A stretch of DNA of 32,049 bases. Source: Nitrospirota bacterium. GTDB taxonomy: Bacteria; UBA2233. Under the pieces are notes generated by a model. That model worked only from the letters and a program-made list of their open reading frames with translations. It searched no databases and was not told the origin of the DNA. The position numbers were made by a program, and so were the translations under genes. Shown here piece by piece: positions 20,495 through 29,007 of the stretch (the stretch's first letter is position 1; each line of letters opens with the position of its first letter). The DNA lies in the NCBI GenBank assembly GCA_011620345.1, contig WOZJ01000042.1, positions 1 through 32,049 of the forward strand. Direction: 5' to 3'.

Positions 20495-21778
20495 TTAGAG
20501 CGCTTGAAATGCGGCGCTCAGGCGTTCTTGGACTTCCTCAAGGAGCGCGTCCGTGTGAGCGACGGACAAAAAGTGCGCCTCGAACGGGGATGGCGGAGGA
20601 AAAAGACCGTGTTCTAGAGCCAAACGAAAGAACCTTGCGTACCGTTTGGTATCCGTATCGAGCACTTCGGCAAAGTTCTTTGGTGGACGCTCTGCGAAGA
20701 ATGGGGTAAAGGTGGAGCCCACCCTATTCAGCGCTATGGGGATGCCCTTTTCCTTGGCGGCTGTTTCGTATGTCCGCGCGATCGTTCGCGCTTTGGCCTC
20801 TAGGGAGGGGTAGAGCGTTTCATGGTGCTCCTTGAGGGCTTGAAGCGTGGCGATGCCAGCGGATACAGCGAGCGGGTTTCCGGATAGTGTTCCCGCCTGG
20901 TAGACGTTTCCTATGGGGGCGAGCGTTTCCATGATGTCGGCGCGCCCGCCCACGCAGGCGAGCGGCAGCCCCCCGCCGATTATCTTGCCTATAGTCGTTA
21001 AGTCCGGCTTGATTTGGACGAGGTCTTGGTAACCACCATAGTGGTACCGAAAGCCCGTAATCACCTCATCGAACACCAGAAGCGCCCCAGATTGCGTACA
21101 CAGCTCCCTTGCGGTTTCAAGAAATCCAGGCTCTGGGGGGACGACGCCCATATTGCAGGCGACGGGCTCGACAATCATGCAAGCGATCCTCTCGCCGTAC
21201 GCCTTGAAGGCCTCGCTAAGTGCCCGGGTATCGTTGTAGGAGGTCGTGAGCGTCAAGGATGCGAGCGCTCCCGGCACGCCGCGTGAGTCTGGCACCCCAA
21301 GCGTTGCCCCTCCAGAGCCGGCCTTTACCAAAAGGGCGTCCGAATGCCCATGGTACCCACCCTCGAGCTTCAGAACGAACTCTCTGCCCGTATAGGCCCT
21401 GGCCAGGCGGATGGCCGTCATTACGGCCTCGGTTCCGGAACTGACGAGCCTTACGCGCTCCAAAGAAGGAATCGCCCCCTGAAGCGCGGCGGCGAACGCT
21501 ACCTCGTCCGGGTGGGGACATCCAAAGCTCAACCCCCTGGCGGCCTGGGCTCGAATCGCCCGCTCAACGTTTGGGTGCGTGTGGCCAAGGATCATAGGCC
21601 CGTAGGCGAGAACGAAATCGATATAGCGGTTCCCTTCGACATCGACCAGGAAGGGGCCAGTCGCGTTTCGAACGAAAAAAGGCGTACCTCCGACTTTTTG
21701 AAAAGAACGGACAGGGCTGTTCACACCGCCTGGAATCAGTCCCAAGGCCGCTTGGAACAAGGCTTCGTTCGTTTTCAT
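20495..21778 (-). CDS. hemL: Glutamate-1-semialdehyde 2,1-aminomutase
   Basis: IPGGVNSPVRSF, SGTEAVM, YHGHSD, FDEVITGFR, GKIIGGGLP (PLP Lys) and QAGTLSGNP. ATG21778 gives a typical length of 427 aa. Confidence 0.97.
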   Translation of the reverse strand: MKTNEALFQAALGLIPGGVNSPVRSFQKVGGTPFFVRNATGPFLVDVEGNRYIDFVLAYGPMILGHTHPNVERAIRAQAARGLSFGCPHPDEVAFAAALQGAIPSLERVRLVSSGTEAVMTAIRLARAYTGREFVLKLEGGYHGHSDALLVKAGSGGATLGVPDSRGVPGALASLTLTTSYNDTRALSEAFKAYGERIACMIVEPVACNMGVVPPEPGFLETARELCTQSGALLVFDEVITGFRYHYGGYQDLVQIKPDLTTIGKIIGGGLPLACVGGRADIMETLAPIGNVYQAGTLSGNPLAVSAGIATLQALKEHHETLYPSLEAKARTIARTYETAAKEKGIPIALNRVGSTFTPFFAERPPKNFAEVLDTDTKRYARFFRLALEHGLFPPPSPFEAHFLSVAHTDALLEEVQERLSAAFQAL

Positions 21779-21829
21779 CTCCTCAAATCCTATCGCTTTG
21801 ATGGCATGATGGTTACATAACGAGAAGGC

Positions 21830-21859
21830 TTGCAAATAAATCAAGCGCAAGCGTATACT
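21830..21859 (+). promoter_or_regulatory. Putative sigma70-type promoter of the nuo operon
   Basis: TTGCAA (21830-21835), 18-nt spacer, TATACT (21854-21859), within an AT-rich intergenic region. Confidence 0.6.
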
Positions 21860-21900
21860 AAAACGAAATGATTCATTAAGGAAGCTTAGCACTACCTAAC

Positions 21901-22296
21901 ATGGCTGAACAATACGCGACCGTCGGCGTGTTCTTGGTTTTCGGGGTTTTCTTTGTAATCCTCACGCTCTTTATCGTCCATCTTGTTGCCCCCTACAACC
22001 CAACGCCCGTAAAGCTCTCGATCTACGAGTGTGGCGAGGTCCCTGTAGGCGAGGCATGGGTTCAGTACAACGTGAGGTTCTTTGCGATCGCGCTTCTGTT
22101 CTTGCTGTTCGAGGTAGACATCGCCTTGATGTATCCAGCCGTTGCCGTTTACAAGAAGTTTCTGGATGCCGGAATGGGAGCGCTTGCTCTCGTTGAAATT
22201 CTAACCTTTGTTATCGTGATGTTCTTCGGGCTTGTCTATGCCTGGAGAAAAGGGGGGCTAAAATGGGCCAAAATCCTCGAACCGAGGCCTATGTAA
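21901..22296 (+). CDS. nuoA: NADH-quinone oxidoreductase subunit A
   Basis: [31 protein letters not shown]; 3 TM segments. Confidence 0.95.
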   Translation: MAEQYATVGVFLVFGVFFVILTLFIVHLVAPYNPTPVKLSIYECGEVPVGEAWVQYNVRFFAIALLFLLFEVDIALMYPAVAVYKKFLDAGMGALALVEILTFVIVMFFGLVYAWRKGGLKWAKILEPRPM

Positions 22297-22339
22297 GCGC
22301 TCCTGCCTTTTTTGGAATCCAAACAAAGGAGAAACATAT

Positions 22340-22828
22340 ATGCATTATACGCTAAGAAATAAGCTTCCATCTACGGCCCTATTTACAACCGTGGATGCCG
22401 TGCTGAACTGGGGAAGACTCTCTAGTCTGTGGTATTTGCTTTTTGGCACGGCCTGCTGTGCAATTGAGTTGATGCAGACGGGCGGGCCAAGAGCGGACCT
22501 GGACCGGTTCGGGGCTGTATTCCGCTCATCCCCAAGGCAGTCCGACCTGCTGATCGTTGCTGGAACCGTCACCTACAAAATGGCCTCCCGGATAAAGAGG
22601 CTATACGAGCAGATGGCAGACCCAAAGTACGTTATCTCGATGGGGAGTTGCTCCAACTGCGGCGGGTTGTTCGATTTGGGTTACAGCGTGCTTCGTGGGA
22701 TCGACAAAGTAATTCCGGTCGATGTGTACGTGCCCGGTTGTCCGCCGCGACCTGAAGCGCTCACCCAGGGGCTTTTGGTTCTTCAAGAAAAGATCCGAAA
22801 GCAGCGCTACCTAGCCAGGGAGGCATAG
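22340..22828 (+). CDS. nuoB: NADH-quinone oxidoreductase subunit B
   Basis: [24 protein letters not shown] and [11 protein letters not shown] (N2 cluster ligands). AAAGGAG SD. Confidence 0.96.
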   Translation: MHYTLRNKLPSTALFTTVDAVLNWGRLSSLWYLLFGTACCAIELMQTGGPRADLDRFGAVFRSSPRQSDLLIVAGTVTYKMASRIKRLYEQMADPKYVISMGSCSNCGGLFDLGYSVLRGIDKVIPVDVYVPGCPPRPEALTQGLLVLQEKIRKQRYLAREA

Positions 22829-22831
22829 ACA

Positions 22832-23338
22832 TTGGGCCTGGAAGCGCTTAAAGAAGAGATCACAAAGGCCTTGTCGACAATAGTCGTGGAGCCCGTTTGG
22901 GCTGAGGCTGCGGGCGATTTGGCACTCCATGTCCTCCCAGGCTCGCTCAAAGCCGTTGCCGCTGCCCTTAAGGGAGTGGGGTTTAGGCTGTTGCTTGCCG
23001 TCGCCGTTGTCGATGAGGGCGAAACGTTCCGGGTTGTTTATCCCTTGTGCTCGCTTGAACGGCGCCTAAGGCTTATACTTATGACGTCCGTACCGAGGCA
23101 AGCTCCGGATATAGACAGCCTGGTGGATGTTTGGCCTGCGGCTAACTGGCATGAGAGGGAACAAGCGGAGCTCTTTGGTGTTACCTTTGTCGGCCATCCG
23201 GACCCAAGGCACCTGTTGCTCCCCGATGATTGGGAGGGGTATCCTTTGCGAAAAGACTACAAGGAGCCAGAGGTTTACCGCGGGATTTCTACGGAAAGGC
23301 CCTACTGGGAGGACGAGGGATGCAGCCGTTCGAACTGA
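22832..23338 (+). CDS. nuoC: NADH-quinone oxidoreductase subunit C
   Basis: WPAANWHERE, FGVTFVGHPDPRHLLLPDDWEGYPLRKDY. TTG start with GGAGG upstream. Confidence 0.93.
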   Translation: MGLEALKEEITKALSTIVVEPVWAEAAGDLALHVLPGSLKAVAAALKGVGFRLLLAVAVVDEGETFRVVYPLCSLERRLRLILMTSVPRQAPDIDSLVDVWPAANWHEREQAELFGVTFVGHPDPRHLLLPDDWEGYPLRKDYKEPEVYRGISTERPYWEDEGCSRSN

Positions 23339-24459
23339 CGGATCTTGGGGCCGGCACGAAAGAGATGATGCTCAACATGGGACCGCAGCATCCAAGCACG
23401 CACGGGGTGATCAAGTTCGTGCTTAGGATGGACGGGGAGGTCGTGGCCGCGCTCGACCCGGATGTGGGCTTTCTTCATCGGTCCATTGAAAAGATCGCAG
23501 AAAAGCTCTCTTATCCCGATTTTATGCCCTATACGGACAGGGTGGATTACGTAGCCGCCATGAACTGCAACTTTGGCTATGCTAGGGTCGTAGAAAAGCT
23601 CATGAAGATGGAGGTTCCTAAAAGGGCCGAGTATATCCGGGTGATTGTCGCAGAGCTCAACCGAATTTCTTCTCATTTGGTCTCCGTAGGGACGTTTGGG
23701 AACGACATCGGCGCCGTTACCCCTTTTTTGTATGCCATAAGGGACAGGGAGCTCATCAACGACCTGCTCGAGATGCTCTGCGGGGCCAGACTTACGTACA
23801 ATTTTGTGAGAATCGGCGGGGTCGCCTTTGACCTCCCGGACACGTTCAAAGAGAAAGCCATTGCGTTCTTGGACACTTTAGAGCCGAAACTCAAAGAGTT
23901 TAACACCCTCTTGAGCGAGAACCGTATCTTTAGGGAGCGCCTTGCAGGGGTTTGCGTGATCTCTAAAGAGGATGCTGTCGCTTACGGCGTGACGGGGCCT
24001 AATTTGAGGGGGTCCGGGGTAGATTGGGATCTCCGTAGGGATGAGCCCTACTCGGTGTATCCAGAAGTTTCCTTTGAGGTGCCCGTAGGCGGGGGGCTGG
24101 TAGGGAAGGTAGGCGATGCCTTTGACCGCTACTGGGTGCGGATCAAGGAGATGCAAGAAAGCGCAAAGATCGTGCGTCAATGTTTGGAGCAGATCCCGGA
24201 AGGCCCCATCATGGCGAAAATCCCTCGCGTCCTCAAGCCGCCCGCTGGCGATGCCTTCGACAGGACAGAAGCGCCAAGAGGAGAGCTTGGGTACTACCTC
24301 GTGAGCGACGGATCGAGTAAGCCTCAAAGGCTCAAGATCCGGACGGGATCGTTTGCTGCCGTGTCTATTATTCCAAAGATTGCACCGGGTTGGATGATCG
24401 CGGACATCGTTGCGCTGATCGGCAGCCTTGATATCATCGCGCCGGAGATTGACCGCTGA
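23320..24459 (+). CDS. nuoD: NADH-quinone oxidoreductase subunit D
   Basis: [41 protein letters not shown] and C-terminal EIDR. No [NiFe] CxxC motifs. ATG23320 overlaps the end of nuoC. Confidence 0.96.
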   Translation: MQPFELTDLGAGTKEMMLNMGPQHPSTHGVIKFVLRMDGEVVAALDPDVGFLHRSIEKIAEKLSYPDFMPYTDRVDYVAAMNCNFGYARVVEKLMKMEVPKRAEYIRVIVAELNRISSHLVSVGTFGNDIGAVTPFLYAIRDRELINDLLEMLCGARLTYNFVRIGGVAFDLPDTFKEKAIAFLDTLEPKLKEFNTLLSENRIFRERLAGVCVISKEDAVAYGVTGPNLRGSGVDWDLRRDEPYSVYPEVSFEVPVGGGLVGKVGDAFDRYWVRIKEMQESAKIVRQCLEQIPEGPIMAKIPRVLKPPAGDAFDRTEAPRGELGYYLVSDGSSKPQRLKIRTGSFAAVSIIPKIAPGWMIADIVALIGSLDIIAPEIDR

Positions 24460-25517
24460 TGGAAATTTTTCTCCAAGAAGGCCTTGTTTTGCTGAAGGCG
24501 GCTCTGTGGGCTGTAGCGCTTTCTTTGGTAATGGCCCTTGTTGCCGGGTTCTTGACATACCTGGAACGGAAGGTTGCAGGGCACATGCAAGCAAGGCTTG
24601 GTCCAAACCGGGTCGGCCCGTACGGGCTTTTGCAGTTCGTGGCCGACGGGGTCAAGTTGTTCCTGAAAGAGGACCTCATCCCAAGCGATGCAGACGCCCC
24701 TCTGTTCCGCTTCGGCCCGTACCTCGTGTTTGTGGGGAGCTTTGCCGTCTTTGCCGTCTTGCCTTTTGGCGAACGGATTGTCGCGACGGACTTGAACATC
24801 GGCCTCTTCTACGTGCTCGCCATCACATCGATCGAAACAGTAGGGCTTTTGATGGCCGGCTGGGCTTCGAACAACAAATGGGCCCTTTTGGGGGCGATGC
24901 GCTCTGCCGCGCAGTCGATCAGCTATGAAATTCCCGTGGGCGTCTCGTTCCTCATCCCTATCGTGCTTGCCGGGTCGATGAGCCTGCAGGGGATTATCCA
25001 TGCGCAGGCCGGGGGTTTTGGGCTGTTGGGTTGGAACGTTTTCCATAACCCGTTCTCCCTGGCCGCCTTCTTTGTGGGATGTACGGCGATGGTGGCCGAG
25101 ATCAACCGTACGCCGTTCGACCTTCCAGAGGCCGAGAGTGAACTCGTTGCCGGCTACAACACCGAATACTCGGGCATGCGCTTTGCCTTCTTCTTCCTTG
25201 CGGAGTACGCGAACATCTTCGTGATCTCCATGATTGCCGCGGCCATCTTCCTTGGCGGCTGGCAGCTTCCGTCCCCCTTCAAAGATATATTGCCCTTTGG
25301 TCTGGTGGGGTCATTCGTTCTGCTGGCCAAGGCGGCTGTTCTCGTGTTTATCGTGCTTTGGCTTCGTTGGACGCTGCCTCGGGTACGGGTTGACCAGCTG
25401 ATGGAGGTCTGTTGGAAGTACCTAACCCCGATGGCGCTTGTTTGCTTGATGGGTACGGCCGTATGGATGTGGGCCTTCCCAGGAAGGATATTTTTTGGGC
25501 TATTTGGTACAGCCTAG
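24459..25517 (+). CDS. nuoH: NADH-quinone oxidoreductase subunit H
   Basis: [45 protein letters not shown] and [17 protein letters not shown] overlap with nuoD. Confidence 0.96.
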   Translation: MEIFLQEGLVLLKAALWAVALSLVMALVAGFLTYLERKVAGHMQARLGPNRVGPYGLLQFVADGVKLFLKEDLIPSDADAPLFRFGPYLVFVGSFAVFAVLPFGERIVATDLNIGLFYVLAITSIETVGLLMAGWASNNKWALLGAMRSAAQSISYEIPVGVSFLIPIVLAGSMSLQGIIHAQAGGFGLLGWNVFHNPFSLAAFFVGCTAMVAEINRTPFDLPEAESELVAGYNTEYSGMRFAFFFLAEYANIFVISMIAAAIFLGGWQLPSPFKDILPFGLVGSFVLLAKAAVLVFIVLWLRWTLPRVRVDQLMEVCWKYLTPMALVCLMGTAVWMWAFPGRIFFGLFGTA

Positions 25518-25529
25518 AAGGAGAAAGCC

Positions 25530-26060
25530 ATGGTGCAATCCATGAAACGATACGTCGGAAACGTCGGAAATACAACGCTGACCGTTCTTAAGGGGTTGCG
25601 GGTCACGCTGATCAACCTGTTTCGCACGCCGATTACGATCCAATACCCTGAGGTAGACATTCGCCAAAAAGATTTAAAGGCGTTCGGCTACAAGGGGCCT
25701 TTGGGTCCGTTGCCGGACCGCTTCCGTGGGTTTTTGCACGTCAACCCAGAGATCTGCATTGCTTGCGATCTTTGCATGAAAGCATGTCCGATAGATTGCA
25801 TTCGGATCGAGAGTACGAAGATCGACAAGACGACGATCCAGGGTAAGGACGGGAAGGCGGTAAACAAGGTGAAGCACCCGGTCCGGTTCGATATTCACCT
25901 TGGCAAATGCATGTATTGTGGGCTTTGCGTCGAGCCTTGCCCGACGGGCGCTATCTCATTTTCGAAAGAGTTCGAAGGCGCGACCTCTACGCTCAACACG
26001 CTTGTTGTGCATTTTGCCGAGCCCAAAGGGCTCCCCGTACGCGAAGCGACAATTTTATAA
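25530..26060 (+). CDS. nuoI: NADH-quinone oxidoreductase subunit I (2x[4Fe-4S])
   Basis: TIQYPE, RFRG, CIACDLCMKACP and CMYCGLCVEPCP. AAGGAG SD. Confidence 0.95.
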   Translation: MVQSMKRYVGNVGNTTLTVLKGLRVTLINLFRTPITIQYPEVDIRQKDLKAFGYKGPLGPLPDRFRGFLHVNPEICIACDLCMKACPIDCIRIESTKIDKTTIQGKDGKAVNKVKHPVRFDIHLGKCMYCGLCVEPCPTGAISFSKEFEGATSTLNTLVVHFAEPKGLPVREATIL

Positions 26061-26082
26061 GCTTAATGGGAAAAAGGGTATC

Positions 26083-26586
26083 ATGAGCCTTTCCGAGCTC
26101 GTCTTTCACGGGATTTGTATTATGACCGTCGTCTCCGGGTTCTATGCGGTGTACACGGAAAACCTCGTGCATGCGGTGTTTGCGCTCTTGGCTACCTTTT
26201 TCGGCATGGCCGGCCTTTTCGTTTACCTCCGGGCGGATTTTTTGGCGGCTCTCCAGGTTCTTGTGTACGTCGGAGGCATTCTCGTGTTGTTCCTGTTTGG
26301 CGTGATGTTCACGCAGGATATTTACCGGCTCAAGATTTCGGCAAAGCCCATAAACCGCGTATGGGGGATGATTCTAGGGGTTGGGTTCCTTGCCTCTTTC
26401 TTTTGGGTGGTGATTCTTAAAGGACGATTCGTTCTGGACACAGGCGTGGGAATGACCTTAGGCCAGGGGGTTGAAGCGCTGGGCGGGTTGTTGCTTACGC
26501 GCTATGTCCTTGCCTTCGAAGCGGTGACGCTCCTCATCGTCGCCTGTATGGTAGGGGCCATCCTGCTAACGTTGAAGCGGGAGTAA
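26083..26586 (+). CDS. nuoJ: NADH-quinone oxidoreductase subunit J
   Basis: NLVHAV, ADFLAALQVLVYVGGILVLFLFGVM and YVLAFE. Start placed at ATG26083, after nuoI. Confidence 0.93.
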   Translation: MSLSELVFHGICIMTVVSGFYAVYTENLVHAVFALLATFFGMAGLFVYLRADFLAALQVLVYVGGILVLFLFGVMFTQDIYRLKISAKPINRVWGMILGVGFLASFFWVVILKGRFVLDTGVGMTLGQGVEALGGLLLTRYVLAFEAVTLLIVACMVGAILLTLKRE

Positions 26587-26906
26587 TGGGTATGCTAGAA
26601 CAATATTTGCTTGTTTCCGTCGTTTTGTTCGTGCTCGGAGTGTTTGGGACAATTAGCAGACGAAACGCCGTAGGGATGCTTATCGGGATAGAGCTCGTGC
26701 TAAACGCCGCATCCTTGAGTTTTGTGGCATTTGGCCGGTATATCCTGCCTTTCGGGGATTCTCCCAAAGAAGCCGGGCAGGTGGTCTCCGTGTTTATAAT
26801 TATTCTAGCCGCATGCGAGGCGGTGGTTGCGCTTACGATTGTGTACGCCCTCTACAGGCTCTACCGGACGATAGATGTCGATAAGGTTCACATGCTCAGG
26901 CAATAG
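26586..26906 (+). CDS. nuoK: NADH-quinone oxidoreductase subunit K
   Basis: RRNAVGMLIGIELVLNAA, GQV and AACEAVVAL. TAATG overlap with nuoJ. Confidence 0.95.
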   Translation: MGMLEQYLLVSVVLFVLGVFGTISRRNAVGMLIGIELVLNAASLSFVAFGRYILPFGDSPKEAGQVVSVFIIILAACEAVVALTIVYALYRLYRTIDVDKVHMLRQ

Positions 26907-26921
26907 AAAGGCAAAAGGCGT

Positions 26922-28970
26922 ATGGCGCATCTGGCTTGGCTGATCGTTCTTCTCCCGCTTTTTAGTTCTGCTTGCCTTGCAGGGTTTGGCAAGGGGCTCT
27001 ACCGGCGCTTCGGAAAGAAGGGCGTTGATGTTTTAGGGGTTGGGTCTATCGGGACATCGTTCCTTTTGGCGACCTGTCTTTTGGCCTATGTTCTTTCGCT
27101 GGATCCCGACAAAAGGTCGATACCGTCTGCCCTATGGTCTTGGTTCCCGCTAGAGGGCAAGATGCTCGATATCTCTTTGCTCATTGACCCGCTCTCGGCG
27201 GCAATGGCGCTGATGGTGGCGGGCGTAGGCTTCCTGATTCACGTGTATTCGACAGGGTATATGGACAAAGACCCGGGGTATCCCCGGTATTTCTCCTATA
27301 CGAATTTGTTCATGTTCGCCATGCTTACGCTCGTCTTTGCGGACAACCTCGTGCTGTTCTTTTTGGGCTGGGAAGGCGTTGGCCTTTGTTCGTACCTGCT
27401 AATCGGGTTTTGGTTTAACGATATCGAAAAGGCCAGGGCGGGAATGAAGGCGTTCATCGTCAACCGGATCGGCGACCTTGGCTTTTTGCTCGGCCTCTAC
27501 CTGTTATTTTGGCTGTACGCTTCAAGCACGACCATGCCGTTTGCGATGCCGGAGCTTCGCGCCGACCTTTCCCCTTTGCTCGGAATCGGTTTTTTTGGCC
27601 AGAATTGGGCAACATGGGTAACCTTATGTTTCTTCATCGGGGCGACCGGAAAATCCGCCCAGATCCCGCTGTACGTATGGTTACCGGACGCTATGGCCGG
27701 TCCTACGCCCGTTTCGGCGCTCATCCATGCTGCCACCATGGTGACGGCGGGTGTGTACATGATAGCCAGGCTCTCGTTTGTTTTTGTTCATGCGCCGTTT
27801 ACCCTCGGAGTTGTGGCCACAATTGGTGCGACAACTGCGCTTTTTGCCGCAACCATAGGGCTTTGTCAGAAGGACATCAAAAAGGTACTCGCCTACTCCA
27901 CGGTCAGCCAGCTGGGTTACATGTTCTTGGCGATGGGGGTGGGTGCCTTCGTTTCAGGCTTCTTTCATCTGCTAACGCATGCGTTCTTTAAGGCCTGCCT
28001 TTTCCTTGGCGCCGGCAGCGTGATCCATGGGATGCACGGCGAACAGAACATGGATCTCATGGGCGGTCTTAGGAAAAAAATGCCTGTTACGTGCGCGACG
28101 TTTGTGCTTGCGGCGTTGGCCATCTCTGGTTTTCCATTCTTTTCGGGCTTCTTCAGCAAAGACGAAATCCTGTTTGCTTCTTTATCTTCACCTCTTGGCG
28201 GGCCTGTTCTTTGGGCCGTTGGGTTGTTCACGGCTCTCCTTACCGCATTTTACATGTTTCGGCTCGTTTTTTTGACGTTCTTCGGGGAATCGAGGACCCC
28301 TGATGCCATAAAAGGGCACATCCATGAATCCCCCGCCTCGATGACGGTTCCACTTGTTGTGTTGTCCATGCTGTCGGTGTTTGGAGGTGTGCTGAACCTT
28401 CCGGAGCTCTTCTTCTTGCCGGGCGGGCTTGCGCGCTTTCTTAGGCCCGTCGTTGCTGAATTCCCTGGGTTTAGCCATGCGCTTCATGAAAGCTCGTACC
28501 TCGAGATACCTCTCATGGGCGTCTCCAGCGGCGTAGCCCTTTTGGGGATTGCTCTTGCATACGTATGCTATCTGCGGGCTCCAGGGCTTCCTTACCTTTT
28601 CGGCTACTTCCTGCGTCCCGTGTACAACCTTCTTTGGAACAAGTACTACGTGGACGAAATCTACGAGGCCGCGTTCATAAAGCCCTTACTCCAAACGAGC
28701 CGGTTTTCTGCAAAGGCCGACTTGGTTGTCATCGATGGCGCCGTGAACGGGTCAGCACTCCTAACCCGAGAGACATCCCGGATTGCCGGGCTGTACGACC
28801 TTTGGCTTGTGGATGGACTCGTAAATGCCACTGCCGAAGGAACGCTAAGGCTTGGCAGGTGGCTGAGGTCTTTCCAGACGGGAGCAATCCAAAATTACTT
28901 GTCCTATGTAGTGGGTGGAGCTCTGCTCGTCTTCTGGCTTTTGTGGGCCCTTGTGAATCGTACGGTATAA
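26922..28970 (+). CDS. nuoL: NADH-quinone oxidoreductase subunit L (with extended lateral helix)
   Basis: WEGVGLCSYLLIGFW, KAFIVNRIGD, GKSAQIPLYVWLPDAMAGPTPVSALIHAATMV, AYSTVSQLG, HAFFKA, SKDEI, NKYYVDEIY and QTG. Confidence 0.96.
   Translation: MAHLAWLIVLLPLFSSACLAGFGKGLYRRFGKKGVDVLGVGSIGTSFLLATCLLAYVLSLDPDKRSIPSALWSWFPLEGKMLDISLLIDPLSAAMALMVAGVGFLIHVYSTGYMDKDPGYPRYFSYTNLFMFAMLTLVFADNLVLFFLGWEGVGLCSYLLIGFWFNDIEKARAGMKAFIVNRIGDLGFLLGLYLLFWLYASSTTMPFAMPELRADLSPLLGIGFFGQNWATWVTLCFFIGATGKSAQIPLYVWLPDAMAGPTPVSALIHAATMVTAGVYMIARLSFVFVHAPFTLGVVATIGATTALFAATIGLCQKDIKKVLAYSTVSQLGYMFLAMGVGAFVSGFFHLLTHAFFKACLFLGAGSVIHGMHGEQNMDLMGGLRKKMPVTCATFVLAALAISGFPFFSGFFSKDEILFASLSSPLGGPVLWAVGLFTALLTAFYMFRLVFLTFFGESRTPDAIKGHIHESPASMTVPLVVLSMLSVFGGVLNLPELFFLPGGLARFLRPVVAEFPGFSHALHESSYLEIPLMGVSSGVALLGIALAYVCYLRAPGLPYLFGYFLRPVYNLLWNKYYVDEIYEAAFIKPLLQTSRFSAKADLVVIDGAVNGSALLTRETSRIAGLYDLWLVDGLVNATAEGTLRLGRWLRSFQTGAIQNYLSYVVGGALLVFWLLWALVNRTV
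28719..28874 (+). repeat. Tandem 2 x 26-aa (78-nt period) diverged repeat in the NuoL amphipathic helix
   Basis: Unit 1 DLVVIDGAVNGSALLTRETSRIAGLY (28719-28796); unit 2 DLWLVDGLVNATAEGTLRLGRWLRSF (28797-28874). Confidence 0.85.
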
Positions 28971-29007
28971 AGCAGCCTGTAAACAGAAAAAAGGGTTGAG
29001 AAGCATC

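Noticed and set aside
21830-21845. FNR-like box (TTGCAAATAAATCAA) or Rex site in the hemL-nuoA spacer
   Set aside because: Only one ATCAA half-site matches and the spacing is off by one from TTGAT-N4-ATCAA. No TTGTGAA-N4-TTCACAA is present.
22340-24459. Possible group 4 [NiFe]-hydrogenase (Ech/Hyc/Mbh-like) instead of complex I
   Set aside because: The large subunit lacks both CxxC nickel motifs (DRVDY and EIDR instead), NuoB has the tandem CC, and nuoA/J/K are present.
23878-25046. Long antisense ORFs (242 aa and 240 aa) opposite nuoD/nuoH, and many other shadow ORFs
   Set aside because: They have no recognisable motifs, lie fully opposite conserved genes, and are expected in GC-rich coding DNA.
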